Positions 44,185-54,015 of a stretch of 64,000 nt of DNA are shown in pieces. The notes beneath the pieces are model-generated. The model saw only the letters and a program-made list of their open reading frames with translations, was not told the DNA's origin and made no database searches. Location of the stretch: assembly GCA_050115495.1 (NCBI GenBank), contig JASFQK010000027.1, forward strand, positions 1-64,000, given 5' to 3'. Made by a program: the position numbers and the translations under genes. The first letter of the stretch is position 1. Every line of letters starts with the position of its first letter. This DNA comes from Phycisphaerae bacterium (GTDB lineage Bacteria > Planctomycetota > Phycisphaerae > UBA1845 > Fen-1342).

Positions 44185-45150
44185 ATGGCCCAGCAACGAG
44201 TCGTTCTCACGCGGCGCATGCCACCGCCGGCCGCCGACCTGCTCCGAGCGGCGGACTATGCCGTCGACGTCATCGACCGGGATGATCCCGCCCCCCGCGA
44301 TGAGTTTCTCGCCCACCTGCCCGGCGTCGCCGGGGCCATCACCATGCTCAGCGATCGCGTCGACGCCGAGGCGCTAGAGGCCGCCGGCCCACAGCTCCGT
44401 GTCATCGCCAACTACGCCGTCGGCTTCGACAACGTCGATCTTGAAGCCTGCCGGCAGCGCGGCGTGCGCGTCACCAACACGCCCGGCGTTCTCACGGCCG
44501 CCACCGCCGACCTGACCTGGGCGCTGATTCTCGCCGCGGGGCGGAACATCGTCGCCGGCGACCGGCTGATGCGGGCCGGCGGTTGGCCCGGCTGGATCCC
44601 GACGCAACTGCTCGGCCTGCAGCTCAGTGGCGCCGTGCTCGGCATCCTCGGTGCCGGGCGCATCGGCTCGGCCGTGGCTCGGCGCGCTCTCGGCTTCGGC
44701 ATGCGCGTGCTGTACACCGATCGCAGCGCCAACCCCGACATGGAGACAGCCACCGGCGCGACCCGTGTCGAGCTCGACCGGCTGATCTCCGAATCTGACG
44801 TGCTTTCGCTGCACATCCCGATGGCTCCGGCGCATCACCACCTCATCGGGGCGGCAGAGCTGGCGGCGATGAAGCCCACGGCGATCCTGATCAACACCGC
44901 TCGCGGGCCGATCATCGACGAGGCGGCCCTGGTTGAGGCGTTGCGTACCGGCCGACCGGCCGCCGCAGGCCTTGATGTCTACGAGCACGAGCCACGGCTG
45001 GCGCCCGGGCTGGCCGAACTGCCCAACGTCGTCGTGTTGCCGCACCTGGGCAGCGCGACCACGGCGACGCGGCAGAAGATGTCCCAGATGGCGGCCGAAA
45101 ACCTCCTGGCCGTATTGAGCGGCCGCGAGCCGCCGAATCCCGTAGTCTAG
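44185..45150 (+). CDS. D-isomer 2-hydroxyacid dehydrogenase (glyoxylate reductase/D-glycerate dehydrogenase)
   Basis: AVGFDNVD, TNTPG, GAGRIG, INTARG, GLDVYEHEP, PHLGSAT. Confidence 0.92.
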   Translation: MAQQRVVLTRRMPPPAADLLRAADYAVDVIDRDDPAPRDEFLAHLPGVAGAITMLSDRVDAEALEAAGPQLRVIANYAVGFDNVDLEACRQRGVRVTNTPGVLTAATADLTWALILAAGRNIVAGDRLMRAGGWPGWIPTQLLGLQLSGAVLGILGAGRIGSAVARRALGFGMRVLYTDRSANPDMETATGATRVELDRLISESDVLSLHIPMAPAHHHLIGAAELAAMKPTAILINTARGPIIDEAALVEALRTGRPAAAGLDVYEHEPRLAPGLAELPNVVVLPHLGSATTATRQKMSQMAAENLLAVLSGREPPNPVV

Positions 45151-45171
45151 GCGGCGTCGGCCGCGGGGGCG

Positions 45172-45681
45172 TTGAGCGTGAAGGGGCACGTACACTACGA
45201 GGCGGCCTTCGAGCACTACCTCCAGGCGCGGCAGATTCCCTACGTCGCCGTCGACGAGGCCAAGAAGGCCACGTTCCGCGACGCCCGGCTGAAGAGCTTC
45301 GATTTCATCGTCTATTCAGCCGAGCAGACAAACTGGCTCGTCGATATCAAGGGCCGCCGCTGGGTCCGCCGGAAGAACCAGCACAAGCCGGCGTGGGAGA
45401 ACTGGGTGACGCAGGACGATCTCGACGGCCTGCGGCAGTGGGAGGAGGTCTTCGGGGTCGGTTTCGGTGGGCTGCTCGTCTTCGCGTACAGCCTCGAACC
45501 GGATGCCGTCCCGCCGCCGGAAGTGGTGCATGCGTTTCGCGATGCGCGCTACGTCTTCGTGGGGGTGCCGCTCGAAGTGTATGCGGAGCACGCCCGCATC
45601 CGCAGTCCGAAGTGGGGAACGGTGAACATGCCGACGCGCGAATACGCCCGGCACGTGCGCCCGATCGCCGACTGGTTGTGA
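45172..45681 (+). CDS. HYExAFE family protein
   Basis: HYEAAFE, YVAVDE, LKSFDFIV, VDIKGR, ENWVT. Confidence 0.85.
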   Translation: MSVKGHVHYEAAFEHYLQARQIPYVAVDEAKKATFRDARLKSFDFIVYSAEQTNWLVDIKGRRWVRRKNQHKPAWENWVTQDDLDGLRQWEEVFGVGFGGLLVFAYSLEPDAVPPPEVVHAFRDARYVFVGVPLEVYAEHARIRSPKWGTVNMPTREYARHVRPIADWL

Positions 45682-45712
45682 GAAAGCCGAGTGCCGGGCG
45701 CGACGTGCTCGG

Positions 45713-46486
45713 TCACCAGCCCACGACGTTGTAGCCGGCGTCCACGTAGTGCACTTCGCCGGTCACGCCGCTGGACAGGTCGCTGAGCAGGTACAGGCCG
45801 CTCTTGCCGACCTCTTCGCCTTCGACGTTGCGGGCGAGCGGGGCCTTCGTCGGGTAATGGTCCAGGATCTTCGAGAAGCCGCTCACGGCGGAGCTGGACA
45901 GCGTGCGCACCGGTCCGGCGGACAGGGCGTTCACGCGGATGTTCTTCTCGCGGCCGAGCTCGCCGGCGAGGTAGCGCGTCGACGATTCGAGGGCCGCCTT
46001 GCACACACCCATGACGTTGTAGCCGGGGATCATCTTCACCGAGCCCAGGTACGTCAGGCAGAGCACCGACGCTCCCGGGGCCATGTGTTCGAGCGCGTGC
46101 CGGCAGAGAGCCACCAGCGAATACACGCTGATTTCCATCGCCTGAAGGAAATCCGCTCGCGTGGTCTGGTAGAACGGCTTGCTCAGGGCGTCGCGGCTGG
46201 CGAAGGCGATGGCGTGCACGATGAAGTCCAGCGGCCCCATCACCTCGTGGGCCTGGTGCAGCACGGCCTTGATCTGCTCGTCGTCGCTTACGTCGCAGGG
46301 GACGATCAGCTTCGCCCCGATCGGCTCGGCCAGCAGACGTACCCGCCGCTCCATCTTCGGGTTGGGCAGGTGGTTGAACGCCAGGCTCGCTCCTTCGGTA
46401 TGCAATTGCTGGGCGATCTGCCAGGCGAGTGAATAATCGTTCGCCACCCCGAACACGAACCCCTTCTTGCCGTCCATCAAGCCCAT
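45713..46486 (-). CDS. fabI: Enoyl-ACP reductase
   Basis: GVANDYSLAW, YNVMGVCKAALE, NALSAGP, TGEVHYVDAG. Confidence 0.93.
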   Translation of the reverse strand: MGLMDGKKGFVFGVANDYSLAWQIAQQLHTEGASLAFNHLPNPKMERRVRLLAEPIGAKLIVPCDVSDDEQIKAVLHQAHEVMGPLDFIVHAIAFASRDALSKPFYQTTRADFLQAMEISVYSLVALCRHALEHMAPGASVLCLTYLGSVKMIPGYNVMGVCKAALESSTRYLAGELGREKNIRVNALSAGPVRTLSSSAVSGFSKILDHYPTKAPLARNVEGEEVGKSGLYLLSDLSSGVTGEVHYVDAGYNVVGW

Positions 46487-46680
46487 GAGACTCTCCAGAG
46501 CTGCCGCGCCGCCGGCGTTGCTGCCTATATGGTATCCGGCTTTCGGCCCGCCGCCGCCGATGCGGCACGGTCAGGATAACCGACCGGACGCGCCCCGCCC
46601 ACGGCCCGCCTTGACGATGCCCGGCCCGCACGCTAGCGTCTGGGTTTTCTCCTTCGATGAGCGCGAGCCGGAGTCGAATC

Positions 46681-47595
46681 GTGCCCTACCACAGCATCGT
46701 CTGCGTCAAGCAGGTCCCCGACACGGCGAATATCACCGGCGAGGCCATGCGTCCCGACGGCACCGTCAACCGCACGGCCCTGCCCGCCGTCTTCAACCCG
46801 GACGACCTCCACGCCCTGGAGACCGCCGTCCGCATCCGCGACCAGTTCGGCGGCCGCGTGACCGTGCTGAGCATGGGACCGCCCAAGGCCGGCGACGTCC
46901 TGCGTGAGGCGCTTTACCGCGGGGCGGACCGTGTGATCCTGCTCACAGATCGCCGCGCCGCCGCCAGCGATACGCTGGCCACGAGCTACATTCTCGCCCA
47001 GGCCATCCGCACGATCGGCGATTACGACTTCGTCTTCTGCGGCCGGCAGGCCATCGACGGCGATACGGCCCAGGTCGGCCCGCAGTGCGCCGAGAAGCTC
47101 GGCCTGCCGCAGGTCACATATCTCGAAGAGGTCGTCGGGCTGGAAGATCGCACTGCCCGTCTGCGCCGCAACGTCGGCAACGGCTGGGAAGTCGTCGAGG
47201 TCAAGCTGCCCGTGCTGGTCACGGTGCTGGACACGGCCGGCGAGGTGCGTCCGCCGGCGGCGAAGCGGGTGATGCGCTACAAGCGGGCCCGCGTGCCGGC
47301 CGAGCTGCTCATCGAGGTCTCGCGCGAGCGGCCCGACGCCACCGATGCACAGAAAGAGGAAGAGACCCTGCGCCGCGCCGAGCATCTGCGCAGCCGCGGC
47401 CTGATGCTCGAAGAGTGGAACCTCGGCGACATCAACGCCGACCTGGCCTGGTGCGGGCTGTCCGGCTCGCCGACCAAGGTCCACCGCGTGCAGTCGATCG
47501 TGCTCACCAAGCAGGGTTACACCGAGATTTCCCCGACCGACGACGGCATCCGCCGGCTGATCCAGGAGCTCGTCGTCGACCATACGCTGGGCTGA
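46681..47595 (+). CDS. etfB: Electron transfer flavoprotein beta subunit
   Basis: VCVKQVPDT, NPDD, SMGPP, GRQAIDGDTAQVGP, GSPTKV. Confidence 0.93.
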   Translation: MPYHSIVCVKQVPDTANITGEAMRPDGTVNRTALPAVFNPDDLHALETAVRIRDQFGGRVTVLSMGPPKAGDVLREALYRGADRVILLTDRRAAASDTLATSYILAQAIRTIGDYDFVFCGRQAIDGDTAQVGPQCAEKLGLPQVTYLEEVVGLEDRTARLRRNVGNGWEVVEVKLPVLVTVLDTAGEVRPPAAKRVMRYKRARVPAELLIEVSRERPDATDAQKEEETLRRAEHLRSRGLMLEEWNLGDINADLAWCGLSGSPTKVHRVQSIVLTKQGYTEISPTDDGIRRLIQELVVDHTLG

Positions 47596-47629
47596 TCCAC
47601 CCGCCGGCCATTGCCGCTACGGAGGCAGG

Positions 47630-48682
47630 ATGATTGACGTGAATCGAAAAGGCGAGGTCTGGGTCTTCGCCGAGCAGGAGAACGGGGCCCTTCACGAGGT
47701 TGCCCTCGAGCTGTGCGGCCGCGCCCGCCAACTCGCCGACGAGCTCGGCGTGAAGGTCGGCGCCGTTCTGGCCGGCTGGAACGTTCGCGAATTGGCGTCC
47801 CGCCTGATCGCCCAGGGTGTCGACAACGTCTACCTCGTCGAGCAGCATCGGCTCGACCATTATCAGACGCAGCCGTACGCCCGCGTGTTGTGTACGCTGA
47901 TCGAGCGCCATCGCCCGCAGATCGTTATCTACGGCGCCACGCCGCTCGGCCGCGATCTGGCCCCGCGCGTTGCATCGGCCATGCGGGCCGGCCTTACCGC
48001 CGACTGCACCGATCTGCGCATCGCCGACGTGCCCGATCCGAAGACCAAGACCGTGCACGAGAAGCTGCTGTTGCAGATTCGCCCCGCTTTCGGCGGCAAC
48101 ATCATCGCCACGATCGTGAACTATGACCGTTGGCCGCAGATGGCCACCGTGCGCGAGGGCGTCATGCCGCTGCTCCCGCCCGACACGCGCCGTCAGGGTG
48201 AGATCGTCGAGGAGAAAGTCGCGCTTTCTGACGAGGACTTCCCCCTGCGCGTCATCCAGCGGCACCGCGAGGAGCGCAAAGTCAACCTCAAGGGCGCCCG
48301 CACGATCGTCGCCGGCGGCGGCGGCGTCGGTAGCAAGGAGAACTTCCGCCTGGTCCACGAGCTCGCGGGCGCGATCGGCGGGGCGGTCGGCGCCTCGCGT
48401 GCCGCGGTGGACGGCGGTTTCATCAGCAAGGCCCACCAGGTCGGCCAGACCGGCACGACGGTTCGCCCGGCGCTCTACATCGCCTGCGGCATCAGCGGGG
48501 CCATTCAGCATCGGGCCGGCATGGAGGAATCCGCCAAGATCATCGCCGTCAACTGGGACAAGGAGGCCCCGATCTTCTCCGTGGCCCACTACGGCATCGT
48601 CGGCGATCTGAACGAGATCCTGCCGAAGATGGTCAAGGCGCTGAAGGAGCGCAGCGTGGAAAGCGACGTCACCAGCGAGTAG
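47630..48682 (+). CDS. etfA: Electron transfer flavoprotein alpha subunit
   Basis: GLTADCT, RPAFGGN, GASRAAVD, QVGQTG, GISGAIQH. Confidence 0.93.
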   Translation: MIDVNRKGEVWVFAEQENGALHEVALELCGRARQLADELGVKVGAVLAGWNVRELASRLIAQGVDNVYLVEQHRLDHYQTQPYARVLCTLIERHRPQIVIYGATPLGRDLAPRVASAMRAGLTADCTDLRIADVPDPKTKTVHEKLLLQIRPAFGGNIIATIVNYDRWPQMATVREGVMPLLPPDTRRQGEIVEEKVALSDEDFPLRVIQRHREERKVNLKGARTIVAGGGGVGSKENFRLVHELAGAIGGAVGASRAAVDGGFISKAHQVGQTGTTVRPALYIACGISGAIQHRAGMEESAKIIAVNWDKEAPIFSVAHYGIVGDLNEILPKMVKALKERSVESDVTSE

Positions 48683-48746
48683 TCGCGCCAACAGAAACAT
48701 CCGCCCCGCCCATCGGGTTCGGGGCCGTCAGTCGAGAGCGTACGTC

Positions 48747-50495
48747 ATGCCGAACTTCTTTCGCGACAACGAAGACATCCAGTTCCTCTTCGAGCACGTG
48801 GACCTGGCCGAATTGGCCCGCGTCCAGGAAGACGGCTTCGCCGACGCCCGCGAAGGCCGATCCGACTATGCTCCGCTCGATGAGGCCGACGCCATCGACA
48901 ATTATCGCCGGGTGCTTGACATCGTCGGTGACCTGGCCGGCAACGTCATCGCCCCCCGCGCCGAGCAGATCGACGAGGAGGGCAACACGCTCAACGAGGA
49001 CGGCACGGTCACGCTGCATCCGCTCGTGGCCGACAACCTGAAGCGCCTGGCCCAGGCCGACCTCATGGGCTTCACGCTGCCCCGCAAATACGGCGGCCTG
49101 AACTGCCCAAACCTCATTTACTCGATGGCGATCGAGATGGTCAGCCGGGCCGACGCCTCGCTGATGAACATCTTCGGTTTGCAGGGCATTGCCGAGACGA
49201 TCTACGCCTTCGCGAATGACGAGCTTCGCGATGCGTACCTGCCGCGCTTCGCCCGCGGCGAAGTCACCGGCGCGATGGTCCTGACCGAGCCCGACGCCGG
49301 CAGCGACCTCCAGGCCGTCCGCCTCAAGGCGTTCCAGGACGACGGCCAGTGGTATCTCCGCGGCGTGAAGCGCTTCATCACGAACGGTTGCGGCGAGGTG
49401 CTGCTGACGTTGGCCCGCAGCGAGCAGGAGATCTCCGACGGCCGCGGCCTGAGCCTGTTCCTGTGCGAGCGCGGCGAGCGGCTCCGCGTGCGTCACCTCG
49501 AGCATAAGCTCGGCATCCACGGCTCGCCGACGTGCGAGCTCGTGTACGACGACGTGCCCGCGCAGCTCATCGGCGAGCGGCAGCGCGGCCTGATCACCTA
49601 CGTCATGGCCCTGATGAACGGAGCCCGCGTCGGTATCGCCATGCAGTCGCTGGGCATCGCCGAGGCGGCGTACCGTTTGGCCCGCACGTATGCCAACAGC
49701 CGCCGGCAGTTCGGCGGTCCGATCGAGCGGTTACCCGCCGTCGCTGAGTTGGTTACGGATATGAAGGTCGCCGTCGAGGCCGCCCGGGCGCTGGCGTATG
49801 AGACCAGCCGCGTGTGCGACCTAGAGAACAATAACCTGCGCGTCCTGGAGACCGGCCAGGTTACGGACAAGGCCGAACTCAAGCGGCGCAAGGACCTGGC
49901 CCGCAGCTACAAGCGGCTCAACGGCATGCTCACGCCGATGGCCAAGTACTACTGCTCCGAGATGTGCATCCGCGTTGCCGACATGGGCATGCAGGTGCTC
50001 GGCGGCTCGGGCTACATGAAGGACTATCCGGCGGAGCGCTACCTGCGCGACGCCCGCATCACGAACATCTACGAAGGCACCAGCCAGTTGCAGATCGTGG
50101 CGGCCGTCCGCGGCGTCTGCTCCGGCAGCTTCGAGCGCTGCGTGGCCGGGTTCGAGGAGACGCGTTTCGGCGACGACCTGCTCGGTTCGCTCCAGAGCCA
50201 ACTGGCCGAGGGCAAGACGCTGGTCATGGAGGCCATCGCCATGATCAAGCAGCGCGGCGCGGACTTCATGGACCTGATGGGTCGCAAGCTGGTCGACTCG
50301 GCAGCGGCGGTCCTGATCGGCCACCTGCTGCTCGGCCAGGCCGCGCACAACGACCGGAAAAAGCGCGTCGCCCGCCGCTTCATCGATACCGAGCTGCCGC
50401 GCCTGCGGATGAACTGCGCCCTGATCGCCGCCGGCGACACGGCCCCGCTCGAAGAATACGACCTGCTCGCGGGTCCCGTTCCGGCGAAGGACTAA
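48747..50495 (+). CDS. Acyl-CoA dehydrogenase with C-terminal extension
   Basis: LTEPDAGSD, GVKRFIT, KLGIHGSPT, RRQFG, IYEGTSQLQ. Confidence 0.92.
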   Translation: MPNFFRDNEDIQFLFEHVDLAELARVQEDGFADAREGRSDYAPLDEADAIDNYRRVLDIVGDLAGNVIAPRAEQIDEEGNTLNEDGTVTLHPLVADNLKRLAQADLMGFTLPRKYGGLNCPNLIYSMAIEMVSRADASLMNIFGLQGIAETIYAFANDELRDAYLPRFARGEVTGAMVLTEPDAGSDLQAVRLKAFQDDGQWYLRGVKRFITNGCGEVLLTLARSEQEISDGRGLSLFLCERGERLRVRHLEHKLGIHGSPTCELVYDDVPAQLIGERQRGLITYVMALMNGARVGIAMQSLGIAEAAYRLARTYANSRRQFGGPIERLPAVAELVTDMKVAVEAARALAYETSRVCDLENNNLRVLETGQVTDKAELKRRKDLARSYKRLNGMLTPMAKYYCSEMCIRVADMGMQVLGGSGYMKDYPAERYLRDARITNIYEGTSQLQIVAAVRGVCSGSFERCVAGFEETRFGDDLLGSLQSQLAEGKTLVMEAIAMIKQRGADFMDLMGRKLVDSAAAVLIGHLLLGQAAHNDRKKRVARRFIDTELPRLRMNCALIAAGDTAPLEEYDLLAGPVPAKD

Positions 50496-50521
50496 GACAG
50501 CTCGGCGGCGAACCCCATCTG

Positions 50522-50827
50522 TCCGAGCCGCGACCGGCAGGGAGCTGGTTGCGCGGTGAGTGGCCACCGGCGCGAGTAACCCGCTCGCTACCGCTCGGGG
50601 CTCGGATTGAGGTGGCCGCGGCGTAGCGTCCGGGCTCCGTACCGGACGTCTTCGTAGCGTTGGCCCCCCGTGGCCAACGTCGAACTCGGGGATCGCTTCC
50701 GCTGCGGAAGACACTGCTCACAGAGCAGTGGCACACCACGGCATGGCTCCGGTAGCGTTCGGGCTTCGTTCCGGACGTCGAATGGCAGACTGTGCCCGCA
50801 CTGGTGGGCAAGCCACCAGTGGCACCC
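50522..50827. repeat. Mosaic REP-like palindrome array C
   Basis: TCCGAGCC/GGCTCGGA arms 50522-50606; GTAG hairpins at 50623, 50654, 50752; modules shared with arrays A and B. Confidence 0.85.
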
Positions 50828-50985
50828 GCCGCCGGATTGCCAAACCCGCCGAAACGCCTACAATGCCCGTCTTTGTGTAGAGGCCCGGCGTGCCTCGGAC
50901 GCTTCCCGACCTCGGCCCCGGTTACGTGTCCCCGCCCCCTTCGTCGATTCCCGGCGACGGCGGCAGCAGAGCAAGCTGAGCGAAC

Positions 50986-53145
50986 ATGCAGACCCGCCAG
51001 TTGATTACCGGTATCGCCCTGGCCCTGGCGGCGATGTTAATCTACCGTTGGGCGATCGAATTCGTCTTCCCGAGCCGGCCGCTGCAGGAGGAGTCGCTGC
51101 CGGCAGAAACCGTTCCCGACGAGGCTGCCGTTACCTCGGCGCCAACCACAAGCGCTCCCGCAACCGCTTCCGCCCCCGAGACCGCTCCCGTCCGTTCGCG
51201 CGAGTACGCCTTTGTCGCGGGCGCGAGTGAGGAGCTTGTTGACGTCGGCGGCGGGGCGCAGGACTACCTGGGCATGACGCTCACGCCGCGCGGGGCCGGC
51301 CTCGTTTCCCTGCGCATCACGCAGCGCGACGAGAAGGGCCGGTTCGTCTACCGGGCGCAGGCTTCCTCCGACGAGCCCTATCCGATCCTCGAACCCCTCG
51401 ACGCGGGGTTTCCAACCGTCTCGTTCCTCACCGAGGAAATCCGCATCCAGGAACTCAACCAGAGCTGGCACCTCGACGAGCTGCTCTGGGAGACCGCCGA
51501 GGCGAGCGACCACCGCGTCGTCTTCACCACAGCGCTTCGCGCCCGGGACAACGACGAGCCCATCCTCAACCTGAAGAAGACGTACGAGCTTCAGAAGGAC
51601 GGGCCGCTCGTCCACCTCGACCTGACGATCGAGAATCCCGGCAGCCGGCCGCTGACGGTGCTCGTTCGCCAGGACGGGCCGACCGGTATCCGCCGGGAAA
51701 GCCCCATGTACGAGATGCGCCGCCTGCTGGTCGCGCAGCACGCCGGCGGCACGGTCAAGACGTCCAAGGTCGTGCAGCGGGCGGAGCTCCAGAAGGCCGC
51801 CGCCCGCGGCGAAACGATCAAGCTCTTCCCCACGTCGGGGGACGACGCCAGCTTCGCCTGGACCGCGCTGGCCAATCGCTTCTTCGCCGTCTTCATGCGT
51901 CCGCTCCCGGACGACAGCACCGAGCCCAAGTTCGTGCAGGGTGTGCAGGGCACGGTGGCCCAGCCGGAAAGTGACGCCAAGCTTGGCGACATGGTCGCCC
52001 GCCTGGCCAGCGGCCAACTGGTCGTCCAGCCGAACGGACAGCTTCGGCAGGTCTTCGAGATCCTCGCCAGCCCGAAGGACCCCGAGGTTCTCGCGGCGGT
52101 CAATCCCGCGTTCGTGGACGCGGCCAAGATCAATTACGGTTTGGCCCACGCCGCGGACAACCGCTGCTGCACGTTCGAGCCGCTGCCGCAGATCATGGTT
52201 GGCCTACTGCACGGCATTCACTGGCTCGTGCGCAACTACGGCATCGCCATCATCATCCTCGTGCTGATCGTCCGCACCTGCCTGCACCCGCTGACCGTCT
52301 ACCAGCAGAAGCAGATGTACCGGATGCAGGACGCCATGTCGCGCCTGCAACCGAAGCTCCAGGCCCTCAAGGAGCGCTACGCCAACGACAAGGTCCGCCA
52401 GAACCAGGAGATGATGAAGCTGTATGGCGAGGAAGGCGTCAACCCGATGGCCAGCATCCTCGGCATGCTTCCCCTGTTCCTGCAAATGCCTATCCTGGTG
52501 GCGTTGTGGACCGGGCTGAACACGGATATCCAACTCCGGCATGCTCCGTTCGACGGCTACTGGATCAAGGACCTGGCGGCTCCCGATGCGCTCGTGCCCT
52601 TCGATCCGCCGCTGACGATCCCCATCATCGGGCAGTTGCCGCTGCTGGGCTGGATGTTCTCCGGTATCACGGCCTTCAACCTGCTGCCCGTGCTCATGGG
52701 CATCAGCATGTGGCTCCAGCAGAAGTACATGCCCAAGCCCGGCATGCAGGCCAAGCTCGACGCCGCGAAGAAGCAGCCACCGCAGCAGCGCAAGCCCGGC
52801 CAGCTCAGCCCGGAGGATCAGCTCCGCCAGCAGCAGATGATGGCCTACATGATGACGTTCATGTTCCCGCTCATGTTCTACTACATGCCGTCGGGCCTGA
52901 ACCTCTACTGGATGGCCACGAACGTCTTCGGTATTGCTGAGTCGCTCATCATTCGCAAGCAGCTCCGTGAGGAGAAGGAGCGTCGGGAGCGCGAGGGCCC
53001 CCAGCCGCCGACGAAGAAGAAGCCCGGCTTCATGAGCCGACTGCTCAAGCACGTGGCCGAGCGCGCTGAGGAAGTCCAGCGCCGGGCCGATGAACTCGCC
53101 AAGCAGGGCCCCAAGCGTCAGGATCGCGATCAGCGCAAGCCATGA
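50986..53145 (+). CDS. yidC: Membrane protein insertase YidC
   Basis: NYGIAIIILVLIVR, LPLFLQMPI, WIKDLAAPD, PSGLNLYW. Confidence 0.93.
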   Translation: MQTRQLITGIALALAAMLIYRWAIEFVFPSRPLQEESLPAETVPDEAAVTSAPTTSAPATASAPETAPVRSREYAFVAGASEELVDVGGGAQDYLGMTLTPRGAGLVSLRITQRDEKGRFVYRAQASSDEPYPILEPLDAGFPTVSFLTEEIRIQELNQSWHLDELLWETAEASDHRVVFTTALRARDNDEPILNLKKTYELQKDGPLVHLDLTIENPGSRPLTVLVRQDGPTGIRRESPMYEMRRLLVAQHAGGTVKTSKVVQRAELQKAAARGETIKLFPTSGDDASFAWTALANRFFAVFMRPLPDDSTEPKFVQGVQGTVAQPESDAKLGDMVARLASGQLVVQPNGQLRQVFEILASPKDPEVLAAVNPAFVDAAKINYGLAHAADNRCCTFEPLPQIMVGLLHGIHWLVRNYGIAIIILVLIVRTCLHPLTVYQQKQMYRMQDAMSRLQPKLQALKERYANDKVRQNQEMMKLYGEEGVNPMASILGMLPLFLQMPILVALWTGLNTDIQLRHAPFDGYWIKDLAAPDALVPFDPPLTIPIIGQLPLLGWMFSGITAFNLLPVLMGISMWLQQKYMPKPGMQAKLDAAKKQPPQQRKPGQLSPEDQLRQQQMMAYMMTFMFPLMFYYMPSGLNLYWMATNVFGIAESLIIRKQLREEKERREREGPQPPTKKKPGFMSRLLKHVAERAEEVQRRADELAKQGPKRQDRDQRKP

Positions 53146-53993
53146 CCTCGCCGGCTCGCATCGACTTCGACAATCCCGCCGACCTCCAGGCCCTGCGCGA
53201 ACTCGCCGAAAGCGCCGCTCGTGCCGGCGGTCAGGTCGCCCGCGATTACTTCCGCCGCCAGTTCACCGTTCGCCGCAAGCCCGACGGCAGCGACGTCACC
53301 GATGCCGACGAGTCCGCCCAGGCCGCCGTGCTCGATGTTCTCCGCCGACAGCGGCCCGACGACGCCGTCATCGCCGAGGAGGATCTGCCGGCGGACGCTC
53401 CTGCGCCGGCGAACGATACGCTCTGCTGGATCATCGATCCGCTGGACGGCACGCGCAACTTCGTCTGTGGCGTGCCGATCTACGCCTGTGCGATCGCGGC
53501 GATGATCGGCGGCGTGCCGGTCGTCGGTGCCGTCTACGATCCCGAGCATGATGAGATGTGCTCGACCGCCCGCGGTGCCGGGCTGTTCGTCGACGGGCAG
53601 CCGTTTACGCGGACGCCCACCCCATCCTCCGGCGGCGCGACACGCCGGCCGCTGGTGGGGATCCCCAGTTCGCTGAGCGGGCCGGCGGCCACGCTGGTGC
53701 GAAGCTGGGCCTCGACCGTCGTTGTCCGCAACCTCGGCGCCACGGCCCTGCACCTGGCGATGGTGGCCACGGGCCGCCTCCAGGCCGCCCTTGTTTCCGA
53801 CAGCAAGCTTTGGGACATCGCCGGCGGCTGGCTGATGGTCATGAACGCTGGCGGCGTGATGACCACGGTCGAGGATCGCGACGTCTTCCCCCGCGACATC
53901 GCCGACTATCGCGGCGAATCGATCCCCGCCCTCGCCGCCGCCGACCAGGCGACGCACGCCCGCCTCCTGTCCCGCCGCGGGCGGATGCGTTAG
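53142..53993 (+). CDS. Inositol monophosphatase family (SuhB-like)
   Basis: VTDAD, AEE, WIIDPLDGTRNF, WDIAGG. Confidence 0.9.
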   Translation: MTSPARIDFDNPADLQALRELAESAARAGGQVARDYFRRQFTVRRKPDGSDVTDADESAQAAVLDVLRRQRPDDAVIAEEDLPADAPAPANDTLCWIIDPLDGTRNFVCGVPIYACAIAAMIGGVPVVGAVYDPEHDEMCSTARGAGLFVDGQPFTRTPTPSSGGATRRPLVGIPSSLSGPAATLVRSWASTVVVRNLGATALHLAMVATGRLQAALVSDSKLWDIAGGWLMVMNAGGVMTTVEDRDVFPRDIADYRGESIPALAAADQATHARLLSRRGRMR

Positions 53994-54015
53994 CTCCCGG
54001 CTGACAAGCCCTCGC

